Of a stretch of DNA of 64,000 bases, positions 39,160-48,194 are shown piece after piece. Under the pieces are notes generated by a model. The model saw only the letters and a program-made list of their open reading frames with translations, did no database searches and was not told the DNA's origin. The position numbers were made by a program, and so were the translations under genes. The first letter of the stretch is position 1. The number at the start of each line of letters is the position of its first letter. The DNA is from Bacteroidales bacterium (GTDB taxonomy: Bacteria > Bacteroidota > Bacteroidia > Bacteroidales > JAIPAP01): contig JAIPAP010000001.1 in assembly GCA_021740045.1 (NCBI GenBank), positions 11,817 to 75,816 of the forward strand, in the 5' to 3' direction.

Positions 39160-39996
39160 ATGAGAATTAACGACAAACAAGTTCTGCTTAGCGAGCCATA
39201 TGAGCCGAATGAAAATATGAGCTCTACATACGTGGGCAGGCAGGAGATTATGGAAACAATTAATGCTGCCTGGTTGGGTGGTGAAAGAACCATGCCGTTG
39301 AGTCCTATCCTGGTGGGAGAGCCGGGCGTAGGTAAAAATCGCATTGTATACGAACTGGGGAAAATGCGCAGACAGGAAGTATACATATTCCAGGGCCATT
39401 CTGATGTTAGCGTGGAAGACCTGGCCTGCATGGCAAGGATGGGTGAAGAACATATGATTGATTATATTCTGTCTCCTGTTAGTACCGCAATGGACAGGGG
39501 AGGGATCATTTTTATTGACGAGATAGCTAAGATCAGGCCCAGGGCATTAAGCATACTTGTGAGTGTTCTGGACGAAAGAAGATATATTGATTCTACCCTT
39601 CTTGGGGAGCGAATAAAGGCGCATCCCGATTTCAGGTTTATTGCGGCAACCAATAAGGCTGACCTGGTTGGTAACACCATTCCTGAGTTTATTCTTTCCC
39701 GGATCAGGCCGGTGATATTTGTGGATTATCAGAAGAAGACCGAAATTGATGAGATCATTCAAAATACCTTCGAACAAATACTTGATCAGAATATAGAACC
39801 ACTGATTAATCAATTCTGGGTGGAGTGGAACCTGAATAATGGTAATAAAGATGTTTTTCCCTCTCCCAGGGATGTTATATATCTTTTTAATCTTTCCATA
39901 TCCATTTCCCGGCTAAGGAAACATAAAAAAGTGGATAAAAAGGATATGAAATGGGCTTTTCAGAAACTTTATAACAATCAGCATGAAAAAGCTTAG
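39160..39996 (+). CDS. AAA+ ATPase, MoxR/CbbQ/NorQ (AAA_5) class
   Basis: Walker A 'GEPGVGKN', Walker B 'IIFIDEI', sensor-1 'FIAATN'. At 278 aa it matches CbbQ/NorQ size. Confidence 0.85.
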   Translation: MRINDKQVLLSEPYEPNENMSSTYVGRQEIMETINAAWLGGERTMPLSPILVGEPGVGKNRIVYELGKMRRQEVYIFQGHSDVSVEDLACMARMGEEHMIDYILSPVSTAMDRGGIIFIDEIAKIRPRALSILVSVLDERRYIDSTLLGERIKAHPDFRFIAATNKADLVGNTIPEFILSRIRPVIFVDYQKKTEIDEIIQNTFEQILDQNIEPLINQFWVEWNLNNGNKDVFPSPRDVIYLFNLSISISRLRKHKKVDKKDMKWAFQKLYNNQHEKA

Positions 39997-42292
39997 CCTT
40001 GATATAAATGGTTGTGAACTAATTTATTTGCCTTCAATCCATTACAAAGTTGCATTTGCCGAAGCAGCTAACCGGCTCTGCAATATTGAAGAGCCGGAGG
40101 CTATTGCTGTAGAAGTAGGTTCCTCAACAATTGTTGAATGTGTAAACTGGCTTAGGGAGTTTACCGGCAAACCATCCATACCGGTGATGTTGGGATTGAT
40201 GAGGCCGAACAACCGGATTAGCATCAAATATAAAGACTTGCTCTATGAATTGCGGGAAGCATGCGGCGGACAAGATATAAGTGAATTTTCCCCTGAGTTT
40301 TTAAAGGAATACTTCAGCTATTCGGCACAAACACTTTTACCCCTTAGCCCTTCTGATTCCATAATTGAAGCCATAAGGTGTGGCATTGAACTAGACATTC
40401 CTATTTATGGGATTGATCTGGAACACATAGCGAATTACGACCGAAATGCCAGGCAACTGGTAATGGAGGACCCGGTTAACAAAAAGGACGATGATCTTTT
40501 TGAATACATTCAACGGAATACCAAATATGCTTCGCGACTCAGAAGCTATGTTGATGAGAAAAGAGAGTTCGCTATGGCTGCCAGGCTTATGAATATTACT
40601 AACAGATACAAAAAAGTCCTTTTTGTTTGTGGCCTAGCTCATTGGAACAATCTAGAGCGATTACTTTCATCCGGTAAAATAAAGCCATCGGAAACCTATG
40701 ATGCCGCGGAAAGCCATCTTATCACTGAGATAAAGAATGAATTAAGCAGTTTCACAAGATGTATAGTAAGTCCGGGGATTGCAGGCCCTAAATACCTGGA
40801 TATTTTTCCGCTCTATGCCGATGTATACAACCGGCATGGCAGGCTTGGCCCTTTCAACACCATCAGTCCTGTTCAAAGAACTTTTTTATTGAATCCTGTA
40901 TCCATTTATACTGAAACCTTTGAGAATGCCATCAGAAGTTACTTTAATGATAATGATCATTTGAATAGTAAGGATAAGCAAAAAGACATCAGCAGATTGA
41001 TTGAATTCAGGGATTTTCTAAATAATCTCATCTTGGTAAAAGCCAAAAAAGTCCCCGACTTATATACAATTACAAAAGCCGCAGATGGCGTAATGAGTGA
41101 AGATTTTAAGAATCACATAGTTAATGCATTTATGGATGTAAACTGGGCTAACAGCCTGGATTATGATCTGCCTGTTTTATTACCCGAGCCTATACAGAAT
41201 GACAATGGTTTGAAAGTTAAAATCCAGTATCCCGATGGTTTCACATCCGATCATTTCTATATCGACAATTCTTACACCCGGAAACGACTGGAGAAGCATC
41301 ATGTATATTGGAAACATCAGGGTATAAAGCCCTCAAAGAAAGGGAAAAAGGAGAAAAAGGACCATAAAATAGATTATTATGGAAGCAACGAAGTAAGGAC
41401 ATGGCCTCCGATAGATTATTTAATTACGGCGATGACGCTGGAAGCCCGGAATGTAGCGGGTAAGGCTATTGAGTCGGATGTTGAGGAATTCCAGGGAAGT
41501 ATCAAAGAAGGCATTGATTTCCGGGCCACCATAAAATCGATCAGCAGGGGTAAGAAAAAAATCTATGTGAAAGAAAATGCACTATATGCCGGCAAGCCGG
41601 AGAATTACAACCTTGATCCTGTCGTATGGATATTTGATACTGAATCTAATTCGATGAGCTGGATGGATTATTCAGGCATGAGCAATCAACTTAATAACTA
41701 TTTTACAAAAAGAATCGAAAAAAGCCTCGAAGCTTATTATTGCTGTGCCATTATATATGGAAAGGATGTGCCTTGTTCGCCTGAAATGCGGGATAGTCTT
41801 ATTACAAGGTACATGATCAACAATGGAATGCTATATTTCATACCGCCTTTTTTTGATGTTCAACAGGATGCAATTTTCGTGGAAAATCATAGTCGAAGAT
41901 TGCCCTTTTATGACGGAATACACTTGAGTGATTTTTTTGAAGAAAACTTCAACATTGCACTACATGACCAAAATGATAAAGATTGGCATTCAACATTGAT
42001 CCGAATAGGCATCAAATACGCTTTGCAGGAGGTAACTGTAATTGTGCCCGATAATTATATTATTGATAAAGCAGTTTTAAATGAAGCAAAGACCAATAGA
42101 ATAGTCCTGAACATAGCACCCTTATCCTATTTTCCTGCGGATTATATTAACAAGATACGGATAAACTATGGGGTTGAAGTGCTTCCTGGCTCCCCGGGCA
42201 AATATCCAAAAGAAGCTGAAGACTTCTTACAAGAAAAACAAGATACTAACAGAAATCTGGTACCGGGTTGGCTGTTGGATTATGGAAAATAA
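39983..42292 (+). CDS. 769-aa uncharacterised protein with TraB/GumN/TIKI-like N-terminal region (possibly YehM/DUF5682-like)
   Basis: The start overlaps the ATPase stop by 14 nt. 'LIYLPSIHY', 'AIAVEVG' and 'VLFVCGLAHWNNL' mirror the His / Glu / GxxH pattern of TraB-GumN-TIKI folds. The remaining ~520 aa have no motif I can name. Confidence 0.45.
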   Translation: MKKLSLDINGCELIYLPSIHYKVAFAEAANRLCNIEEPEAIAVEVGSSTIVECVNWLREFTGKPSIPVMLGLMRPNNRISIKYKDLLYELREACGGQDISEFSPEFLKEYFSYSAQTLLPLSPSDSIIEAIRCGIELDIPIYGIDLEHIANYDRNARQLVMEDPVNKKDDDLFEYIQRNTKYASRLRSYVDEKREFAMAARLMNITNRYKKVLFVCGLAHWNNLERLLSSGKIKPSETYDAAESHLITEIKNELSSFTRCIVSPGIAGPKYLDIFPLYADVYNRHGRLGPFNTISPVQRTFLLNPVSIYTETFENAIRSYFNDNDHLNSKDKQKDISRLIEFRDFLNNLILVKAKKVPDLYTITKAADGVMSEDFKNHIVNAFMDVNWANSLDYDLPVLLPEPIQNDNGLKVKIQYPDGFTSDHFYIDNSYTRKRLEKHHVYWKHQGIKPSKKGKKEKKDHKIDYYGSNEVRTWPPIDYLITAMTLEARNVAGKAIESDVEEFQGSIKEGIDFRATIKSISRGKKKIYVKENALYAGKPENYNLDPVVWIFDTESNSMSWMDYSGMSNQLNNYFTKRIEKSLEAYYCCAIIYGKDVPCSPEMRDSLITRYMINNGMLYFIPPFFDVQQDAIFVENHSRRLPFYDGIHLSDFFEENFNIALHDQNDKDWHSTLIRIGIKYALQEVTVIVPDNYIIDKAVLNEAKTNRIVLNIAPLSYFPADYINKIRINYGVEVLPGSPGKYPKEAEDFLQEKQDTNRNLVPGWLLDYGK

Positions 42293-42327
42293 TAATCAGT
42301 TGTTGATTAATTTAATAATGATAAATA

Positions 42328-43218
42328 ATGCCGGCTAAACTGTATTTCGACGATGAGGACATAAATGAATTGCTTTATGGCCCGAATTCTCCCGAGCCAA
42401 CACCTGTAACTCCATTTCAGGAAAAGTTGGCTGCCATGAACTCAGCATTCCGCAATCAAAACATGGAAAAGTTCATTAAAGAAACGGTTGATCTATTCAT
42501 TGCCAATAAGATACTTCCGGACTTTGTTTATATCAAAACAAGCATTTATCTGAAAACGATTATTCCTGATAAAGTCAAGCCTAAATTGCCACCGGATTTA
42601 AAGAAGTTAAAACCCGTAATAGATCGTTTTTATGAATATAGTATTGAAAAACAAAATTTTAAGCACACCTCTCTTATCCATAGGTTTTATGAATTCTCAG
42701 GTCATTATGATAAAGGAATCCGGATTTTGGAAGCCAGGCTTTTGGATGCTAAAAAGAAAAAGCAGATGGGCGAAGTTGCAATTACAATGAATAACCTGGC
42801 CTATATAATGGCATTCTTCAAAGGACAGATGAACGCAGCTTCTCCAATTTTTCGAAAAGCAGCCCTGCTTTTTTATGAAAACAATGACCGGTTCAATTAT
42901 ATCAACGGTATGCTTAACCATTTGCTCTGCGAAATAGAAAATGTCGAACGTGACATTGAGGAAATTCAGAATGAGATGTTTGCTGTCATTAGTGAGATGG
43001 GTTTTCCACAGTTTGAGGCTGCTTGCGAATACTGGCAATTCAGGAAGTATTATATACTAAGAGCGAAGTATCATGAGCGAAAATCGGAATATCACAAAGC
43101 AATATTTTATGTAAAACGTATTATCAAGGTTTTAAGAAATGCTGATACAGTGTTGCTGGATGAAGATTTATCATACCGTGGAGATTTAATCTTACGCTCT
43201 AATAACCAAATGAATTAA
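42328..43218 (+). CDS. all-helical TPR-like protein, function unknown
   Basis: 296-aa ORF 35 nt after the preceding stop, with repeated helical hairpin-like segments ('VAITMNNLAYIMAFFKGQMNAASPIFRKAALLF', 'YHKAIFYVKRIIKVL'). Confidence 0.45.
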   Translation: MPAKLYFDDEDINELLYGPNSPEPTPVTPFQEKLAAMNSAFRNQNMEKFIKETVDLFIANKILPDFVYIKTSIYLKTIIPDKVKPKLPPDLKKLKPVIDRFYEYSIEKQNFKHTSLIHRFYEFSGHYDKGIRILEARLLDAKKKKQMGEVAITMNNLAYIMAFFKGQMNAASPIFRKAALLFYENNDRFNYINGMLNHLLCEIENVERDIEEIQNEMFAVISEMGFPQFEAACEYWQFRKYYILRAKYHERKSEYHKAIFYVKRIIKVLRNADTVLLDEDLSYRGDLILRSNNQMN

Positions 43219-43273
43219 GCCCACATTAGAATTAGCCACCTAAAATTCTTGCCATTTTTTCCTTCAAAAGCTA

Positions 43274-43299
43274 AAAAACCCCCCAATTGGGGAATTGAT
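43274..43299 (+). promoter_or_regulatory. copy 3 of the 26-bp element (AAAAACCCCCCAATTGGGGAATTGAT)
   Basis: A 19-nt exact match to copy 1 (24/26 overall). A TACTTTTA -7-like box (43318-43325) lies 20 nt after its TTG, and the ATG is at 43348. Confidence 0.65.
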
Positions 43300-43347
43300 A
43301 TTTAGTATATCATCATATACTTTTATTGCATCAAAATTAGGCTTAAG

Positions 43348-43728
43348 ATGAACGTAGACTATACATCCGCGCAAAAAAAGAGAGATGAAGATAATTCTAG
43401 TTCTTCGATGGTTCATTTACAAGAAATAATAAACAACCAGCATAAATATAATGCTGCCATGGTCCAGGTTATTCAGGATATACGGGAAGAAAGGGGTATC
43501 TGGTCAAGTGAGAAATACCCTCATACGCTATCGCAGTGTAGTTTTTATCAAGAGAACGATCCGGATAGTGCAGTGATTAATAAAGAATATTTTAATCTAA
43601 TCTTCAGCACAGTACCTATGATATATTACAAGCGTATTATAGGACATATTATCCCACAAAAGAAGAAAATAACGAATCAGAAAAGATTACATAACATAAA
43701 GAACCCAACTGATGATTTCGACCTATGA
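43348..43728 (+). CDS. hypothetical protein
   Basis: 126-aa AT-rich ORF directly behind element copy 3. Confidence 0.45.
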   Translation: MNVDYTSAQKKRDEDNSSSSMVHLQEIINNQHKYNAAMVQVIQDIREERGIWSSEKYPHTLSQCSFYQENDPDSAVINKEYFNLIFSTVPMIYYKRIIGHIIPQKKKITNQKRLHNIKNPTDDFDL

Positions 43729-43988
43729 TAAAACAGATAAAAGGTGTTTTTAGCATCCCTGGTTGGAGTGCTATGTGGAAAAAAGGTGGGTATATAGACA
43801 AGTTATGGGCAAGTTAAATAAACGACACAATGGAATGACAAAGTCAAGAGAGCCACCAATATTTGACAGTTCTTGAAGGTTTTACTATCCGACAAGAAAT
43901 TTACGCAAAAGAGTGGAGTCAAGAGACCACTTAAAAAACGGGGCGAAACCGAAAAGCCAAATGAGTAGGAATATTAAAAAAATCTAAT

Positions 43989-44900
43989 ATGAAACCACTT
44001 ATAAAAACATTATTTCTATTTACATTGATTTTAGTAGCTAATTCAACCTTTTCTCAAAATTTTAGCTCAGCAAAAGAAATGAGAAACAAGGCCAAAGAGT
44101 TGTTTTACAAAGAAAACAAAAAAGACTCAGCTTGCATACTGTTGGAGAATGCAGCTGCCTTGTATCCTAAAGACACTGTTACATATATGTGGTTGGGTAC
44201 ATTTTATTCTGATCTTAAACAACACGACAAAGCATTAAATACCTTTAACAAAGTCCTTTCGATTGATCCTGAGGATGTTTATAGTCTTACCTATAAAGCA
44301 AAAACTTGCTATTATTTAAGTAAATATGAATGCATGGAGAATAACTTCAGAAAGGCATTGCAGATTAATCCAAATAATGCTGGAATCTACTACATAATGA
44401 TACAATTGCATTATCTAACAGGACAATATAAGAAAGTAATTTCTGAAGTACCAGAATATATAAAACTTGGAGGGGACGCAGATATTATCTTTGTGTATAA
44501 CCTAATGTCCAAAGCACTTTTACGTCAATTTGATAAAATAAACTTACCACCACCAGAATGGAACCCTGGTACTAAAAAAATGGTTGATTTGAATTTTACT
44601 AAACTTGCATCTCCTTGGCTTGAGCAGATATGTGCTTCAAACATTGATGATCCTGATCATGTATTGGGCATAAATAGAAAAGAATCAACTCAATGGAATA
44701 GATATACATTTTTAGGATCAAAAGAAAGTCCAATGGAATATGCATATGGATTTTACTTGTGGGATGCTACAGTAATATTTGATGAATTTTATGGTATCTT
44801 GATTTCAAATGGGTCCAAGATCAAATATGAATCCGTAATAAATAATGTTGAAGTAATAAAATATGGTACCGTAAAAAATTGGTCAATAGTATGGGAATAA
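43989..44900 (+). CDS. secreted TPR-repeat protein with unknown C-terminal domain
   Basis: Signal peptide 'LFLFTLILVANSTFSQ' and TPRs ('YMWLGTFYSDLKQHDKALNTFNKVLSIDP'). Confidence 0.6.
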   Translation: MKPLIKTLFLFTLILVANSTFSQNFSSAKEMRNKAKELFYKENKKDSACILLENAAALYPKDTVTYMWLGTFYSDLKQHDKALNTFNKVLSIDPEDVYSLTYKAKTCYYLSKYECMENNFRKALQINPNNAGIYYIMIQLHYLTGQYKKVISEVPEYIKLGGDADIIFVYNLMSKALLRQFDKINLPPPEWNPGTKKMVDLNFTKLASPWLEQICASNIDDPDHVLGINRKESTQWNRYTFLGSKESPMEYAYGFYLWDATVIFDEFYGILISNGSKIKYESVINNVEVIKYGTVKNWSIVWE

Positions 44901-44914
44901 TTAAATTATGTAAA

Positions 44915-45676
44915 ATGAAAGCTTTTAAAATTTCTTCACTTGCTATAATAGCTATATTTATATTTTTACAATCATGTATCCATAGCAATCATGGTCAGAA
45001 TTGTTCAAAAAGTCGAAAGGCATTTGAAAATGCTAAAAATACAAATACAATTTCTTCCTACCAGAATTTTATTGAAAACTATTGTTCATGTAGCGAAGCT
45101 GACAGTGCTCGAAAAATCATTGACTCATTTTTTGATGATGTCGAAAAAAAATCTTCTCAACTAAACGGAGGTCAGAGGTGGAATTTTGGTGATAGGTACA
45201 AAAACAATATTTCTATTAAAGTTACTAGGAATAATGGGAATGAAGAAAGTGTACCAGCAGACAATATTGCCCAAGAAGATGGATTATTATTAGTTCAAGA
45301 GGATAATAATGCTGTAGAATCGGAATTAACCCAGATCAGCATCTGTAAGAGACTGGTTTTTAAAATACCCGACACAGTAAATGTTAATAATGAACAATGG
45401 TTGCTACGCAAAAAAGAAATCACAATAAATAGAATTGAGAATGGCTTTGTATTTCCAACGGATGATAGTGAAGTCCCTTCACAATCTGGATTGATTAATG
45501 GAGACTTTGTTTTCAATTATTGGAACCAGGCAATTGGTGCAAGTTGGAAATTCATTAATAAAGAAAAAATTAAAACAAATTTTTATACGTATGAAGTGAT
45601 TTCGACACCGGCATGGATTAATTTTACAAAAAATGGCATAGAATTAATTAATATTGAAAGGGTTGAGAATGAATAA
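44915..45676 (+). CDS. hypothetical lipoprotein
   Basis: 'MKAFKISSLAIIAIFIFLQSC' lipobox (the track starts at 44879). AT-rich. Confidence 0.5.
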   Translation: MKAFKISSLAIIAIFIFLQSCIHSNHGQNCSKSRKAFENAKNTNTISSYQNFIENYCSCSEADSARKIIDSFFDDVEKKSSQLNGGQRWNFGDRYKNNISIKVTRNNGNEESVPADNIAQEDGLLLVQEDNNAVESELTQISICKRLVFKIPDTVNVNNEQWLLRKKEITINRIENGFVFPTDDSEVPSQSGLINGDFVFNYWNQAIGASWKFINKEKIKTNFYTYEVISTPAWINFTKNGIELINIERVENE

Positions 45677-45794
45677 CCAGCCCATAACAGGCGGTTATAA
45701 AACATTGGGGATTAGGCGGATAATTCAAATCCCTGCCTCGCATCAAATATTGGTTTAGGTTGATAGTTCTTAGCTACGAAAACCCCAACGTTTC

Positions 45795-45812
45795 ATACCG
45801 GCAAACCGGTAT
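45795..45812. terminator. short hairpin between convergent genes (possible bidirectional terminator)
   Basis: ATACCGG-CAAA-CCGGTAT, immediately downstream of the minus-strand stop at 45819. No strong T-run. Confidence 0.4.
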
Positions 45813-45818
45813 TGCCTC

Positions 45819-46970
45819 TCATTTTTCATTATGCACCTTTCTTACCAATTCTACCACGCGTTCCCCATTCCTCCTATTCGAATACCGCTCACCCAAAATA
45901 GCCTCCCGGTTTTGGATTTCAGATTGATCGAATTCTTTTTGGGAGAGGGTTTGGATGGCGGTTTGGATTTCTTTGGCGGTGTCGGCGATGTGGCAGAGGG
46001 AGTCGAGGCCGGTGCCGCTGAGCATGGGGGTGTTCACAAGAACGAAACGCCCGTTGTGAAGTACGTTGAGGAGCTTGAGCTTTAAGCCGGTGGCCTGGAA
46101 GGTGATCAGGATGTTGACCTGGGCATTGCTGATGAGCTTGTCCATCTGGTAATTCGATGGATTGGGGACAAGGGTTACATTCCGGTATTTATCGGCAAGC
46201 TTTTGCAATTTTTTGTGCGGCTTTAAGCCGGCCATGATCAGTGGGTAGTCGATCTTGCTAAAGACTTTATTAATGATGTATTCGGCGGCTTTTACATTTT
46301 CGGGTACAGAGAGGTTGCCGTGGTAAAGGGCATAGTTTCCTTTGCCTGATTTGATGTTTACCTCGTCGTGCGGGTGAAAGCTGGGAAGGTAATGGACGGG
46401 CACATCCCTGTATTTCTTTTGAAGGTAATCAGCATCCGATTGGGAAACGGCCAGCATAAGCGAGGCATGCCCGAGTACCTTTTGAAACATGCGTAGCTTA
46501 AAGGCTTCGCCCAGGAAGAAGGCTTTGTTCGAAAGTTTCTTCTCAGCTTTAAAAAGGTTTAAATAATACTGATGCTCGATATTGCTCTCGCGATAGATCT
46601 TCACCCTGTCCTTCAACCTGGGATCGGACAAATAATAACAACTGTGCAGTCCTTCGAAAAGGATGGGGTGGTCATCTTTCAATAAATTCTTCATCAACCG
46701 CTCGGAGTGGCGGCTTTTTACGATGTATGGCATGAGCGACAGGGAAGAGGCCATGCCCGTTTTCCGGCGGTAATAATTAACGCTTTCGCAATAATCATTG
46801 AGTTCATCGGCGGCTTGGCGGTCGTATTCGAAGCAATGCAAATGGATCTTCACATCAATCTTATGCAGCCACTTCAATTTATAAAACACATCGATAATGC
46901 CCCCGTAATTGGGCGGATACGGGATGCTGAATGAAATAATATGCAAATGCTGATCAGGCATATTTTTCAT
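45819..46970 (-). CDS. glycosyltransferase (GT-B, family 1/4-like)
   Basis: 383 aa. The N-terminal 'IISFSIPYPPNYGGIIDV' is a typical GT4-like start, and the layout shows two Rossmann halves. Confidence 0.75.
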   Translation of the reverse strand: MKNMPDQHLHIISFSIPYPPNYGGIIDVFYKLKWLHKIDVKIHLHCFEYDRQAADELNDYCESVNYYRRKTGMASSLSLMPYIVKSRHSERLMKNLLKDDHPILFEGLHSCYYLSDPRLKDRVKIYRESNIEHQYYLNLFKAEKKLSNKAFFLGEAFKLRMFQKVLGHASLMLAVSQSDADYLQKKYRDVPVHYLPSFHPHDEVNIKSGKGNYALYHGNLSVPENVKAAEYIINKVFSKIDYPLIMAGLKPHKKLQKLADKYRNVTLVPNPSNYQMDKLISNAQVNILITFQATGLKLKLLNVLHNGRFVLVNTPMLSGTGLDSLCHIADTAKEIQTAIQTLSQKEFDQSEIQNREAILGERYSNRRNGERVVELVRKVHNEK

Positions 46971-48069
46971 AAACGTTCAAAAGCACCTTTTCTTCATTTT
47001 CCCAGCAAAGTTCTTCGGCTGCATTCTCCAGGTTTTTTTGCCATTTTTTCATTTCATTCTTATGGTCGAGCATATGGCGGATGCAGCCGGCAATGTGTTT
47101 GGGATCATGGCTATTGATCATATACCCGATATTATAGCCCTTGATGATCTTTTCGATCTCCACCAGCCGTGATGCCAAAATGGGCGTACGGGCTTGTATA
47201 TAATCAAAAAGCTTGTTGGGAAGGCTGTAGCGGTAATTGGTGTTGGTATCCTTATCGAGCGTTAGTCCAATGTCGGCTTGGGCTGTGTAGTTGAGCAATT
47301 CTTTATAAGGTTGTTTTGGCAGAAACCGAACCTTTTCCGTTAATGCTTCTTCTTTCACCTGTTTTTTTAGTTGACCGATCACATCACCCCCGCCAATGAT
47401 CAAAAATAATACATTCTCTAGATGACGCATAGCTTGAATGGCTTCCTCGGCGCCACGCTGAACGTTGATACCTGCTCCCTGAAGAAGAATAATGGGTTTA
47501 TCCTCCGGAAGATCCAGCTCCTTTCTTGTTTTCAATCCATTTAAATGCTGCTTGAAAGGCACATTGCGCATCACCTTCACAGTGCTTTTGTATTCTTCTT
47601 CATAAAGCCTGGCAATTGATTCATTAACCGTAAAGATGTATGGAAGGCGCGGAAAAATATGCCTTTCAATGGCTTTCCAGATGCTTTGCACGCGTTTACG
47701 GTTGACCAGTTCCGGTACTCCGGTGAAATATTCATGGCTGTCGTAGACTAAGCGGCGGCGTTTTAATCTGTATATCAGGTAATTGGCAAGCAAGGTATCC
47801 AAATCGTTGGCATGCAGGATATGTGCCTTGCGAACCAGCAAGAACAGGAATAAACGGACGTTATACTCAGCGTAAAAAAGTGAGCCTTTTTCGAAGACCA
47901 GCTTCATACGGTGCGTTTTATAGGGCCGCTCTTCCATTGGTGCGCTGTCGCGCCGTTTTCGCCCTACTAACACCACCTCAAAGCCTAATTTCATCAACGA
48001 AAGGGCAACCTTATTTACGCGTTGGTCAGTATTCAGATCGTTGGTGACCGATATGATGACTCGCTTCAC
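46954..48069 (-). CDS. glycosyltransferase (GT-B, family 4-like)
   Basis: 371 aa. The start overlaps the downstream GT gene. 'LPNKLFDYIQARTPILAS' corresponds to the GT4 C-terminal sugar-donor motif region. Confidence 0.75.
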   Translation of the reverse strand: MKRVIISVTNDLNTDQRVNKVALSLMKLGFEVVLVGRKRRDSAPMEERPYKTHRMKLVFEKGSLFYAEYNVRLFLFLLVRKAHILHANDLDTLLANYLIYRLKRRRLVYDSHEYFTGVPELVNRKRVQSIWKAIERHIFPRLPYIFTVNESIARLYEEEYKSTVKVMRNVPFKQHLNGLKTRKELDLPEDKPIILLQGAGINVQRGAEEAIQAMRHLENVLFLIIGGGDVIGQLKKQVKEEALTEKVRFLPKQPYKELLNYTAQADIGLTLDKDTNTNYRYSLPNKLFDYIQARTPILASRLVEIEKIIKGYNIGYMINSHDPKHIAGCIRHMLDHKNEMKKWQKNLENAAEELCWENEEKVLLNVYEKYA

Positions 48070-48194
48070 AGTGATTCAAATTTAGGACTGCAAATTTATG
48101 ATTTATGCGTAAACGCAATCCGTATCTTGCTTATTTAATTCGGTTCTTCTCAAACAAACCAAAACGCATACCTTTGCACATCAATTCGAACTGA

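Noticed and set aside
41600-41660. 'VVWIFDTESNSMS' in the 769-aa protein as a vWA MIDAS motif.
   Set aside because: The spacing is DxxSxS, not DxSxS, and I could not recognise the other MIDAS elements (Thr and Asp loops). I left it as 'no recognisable vWA' pending a profile search.
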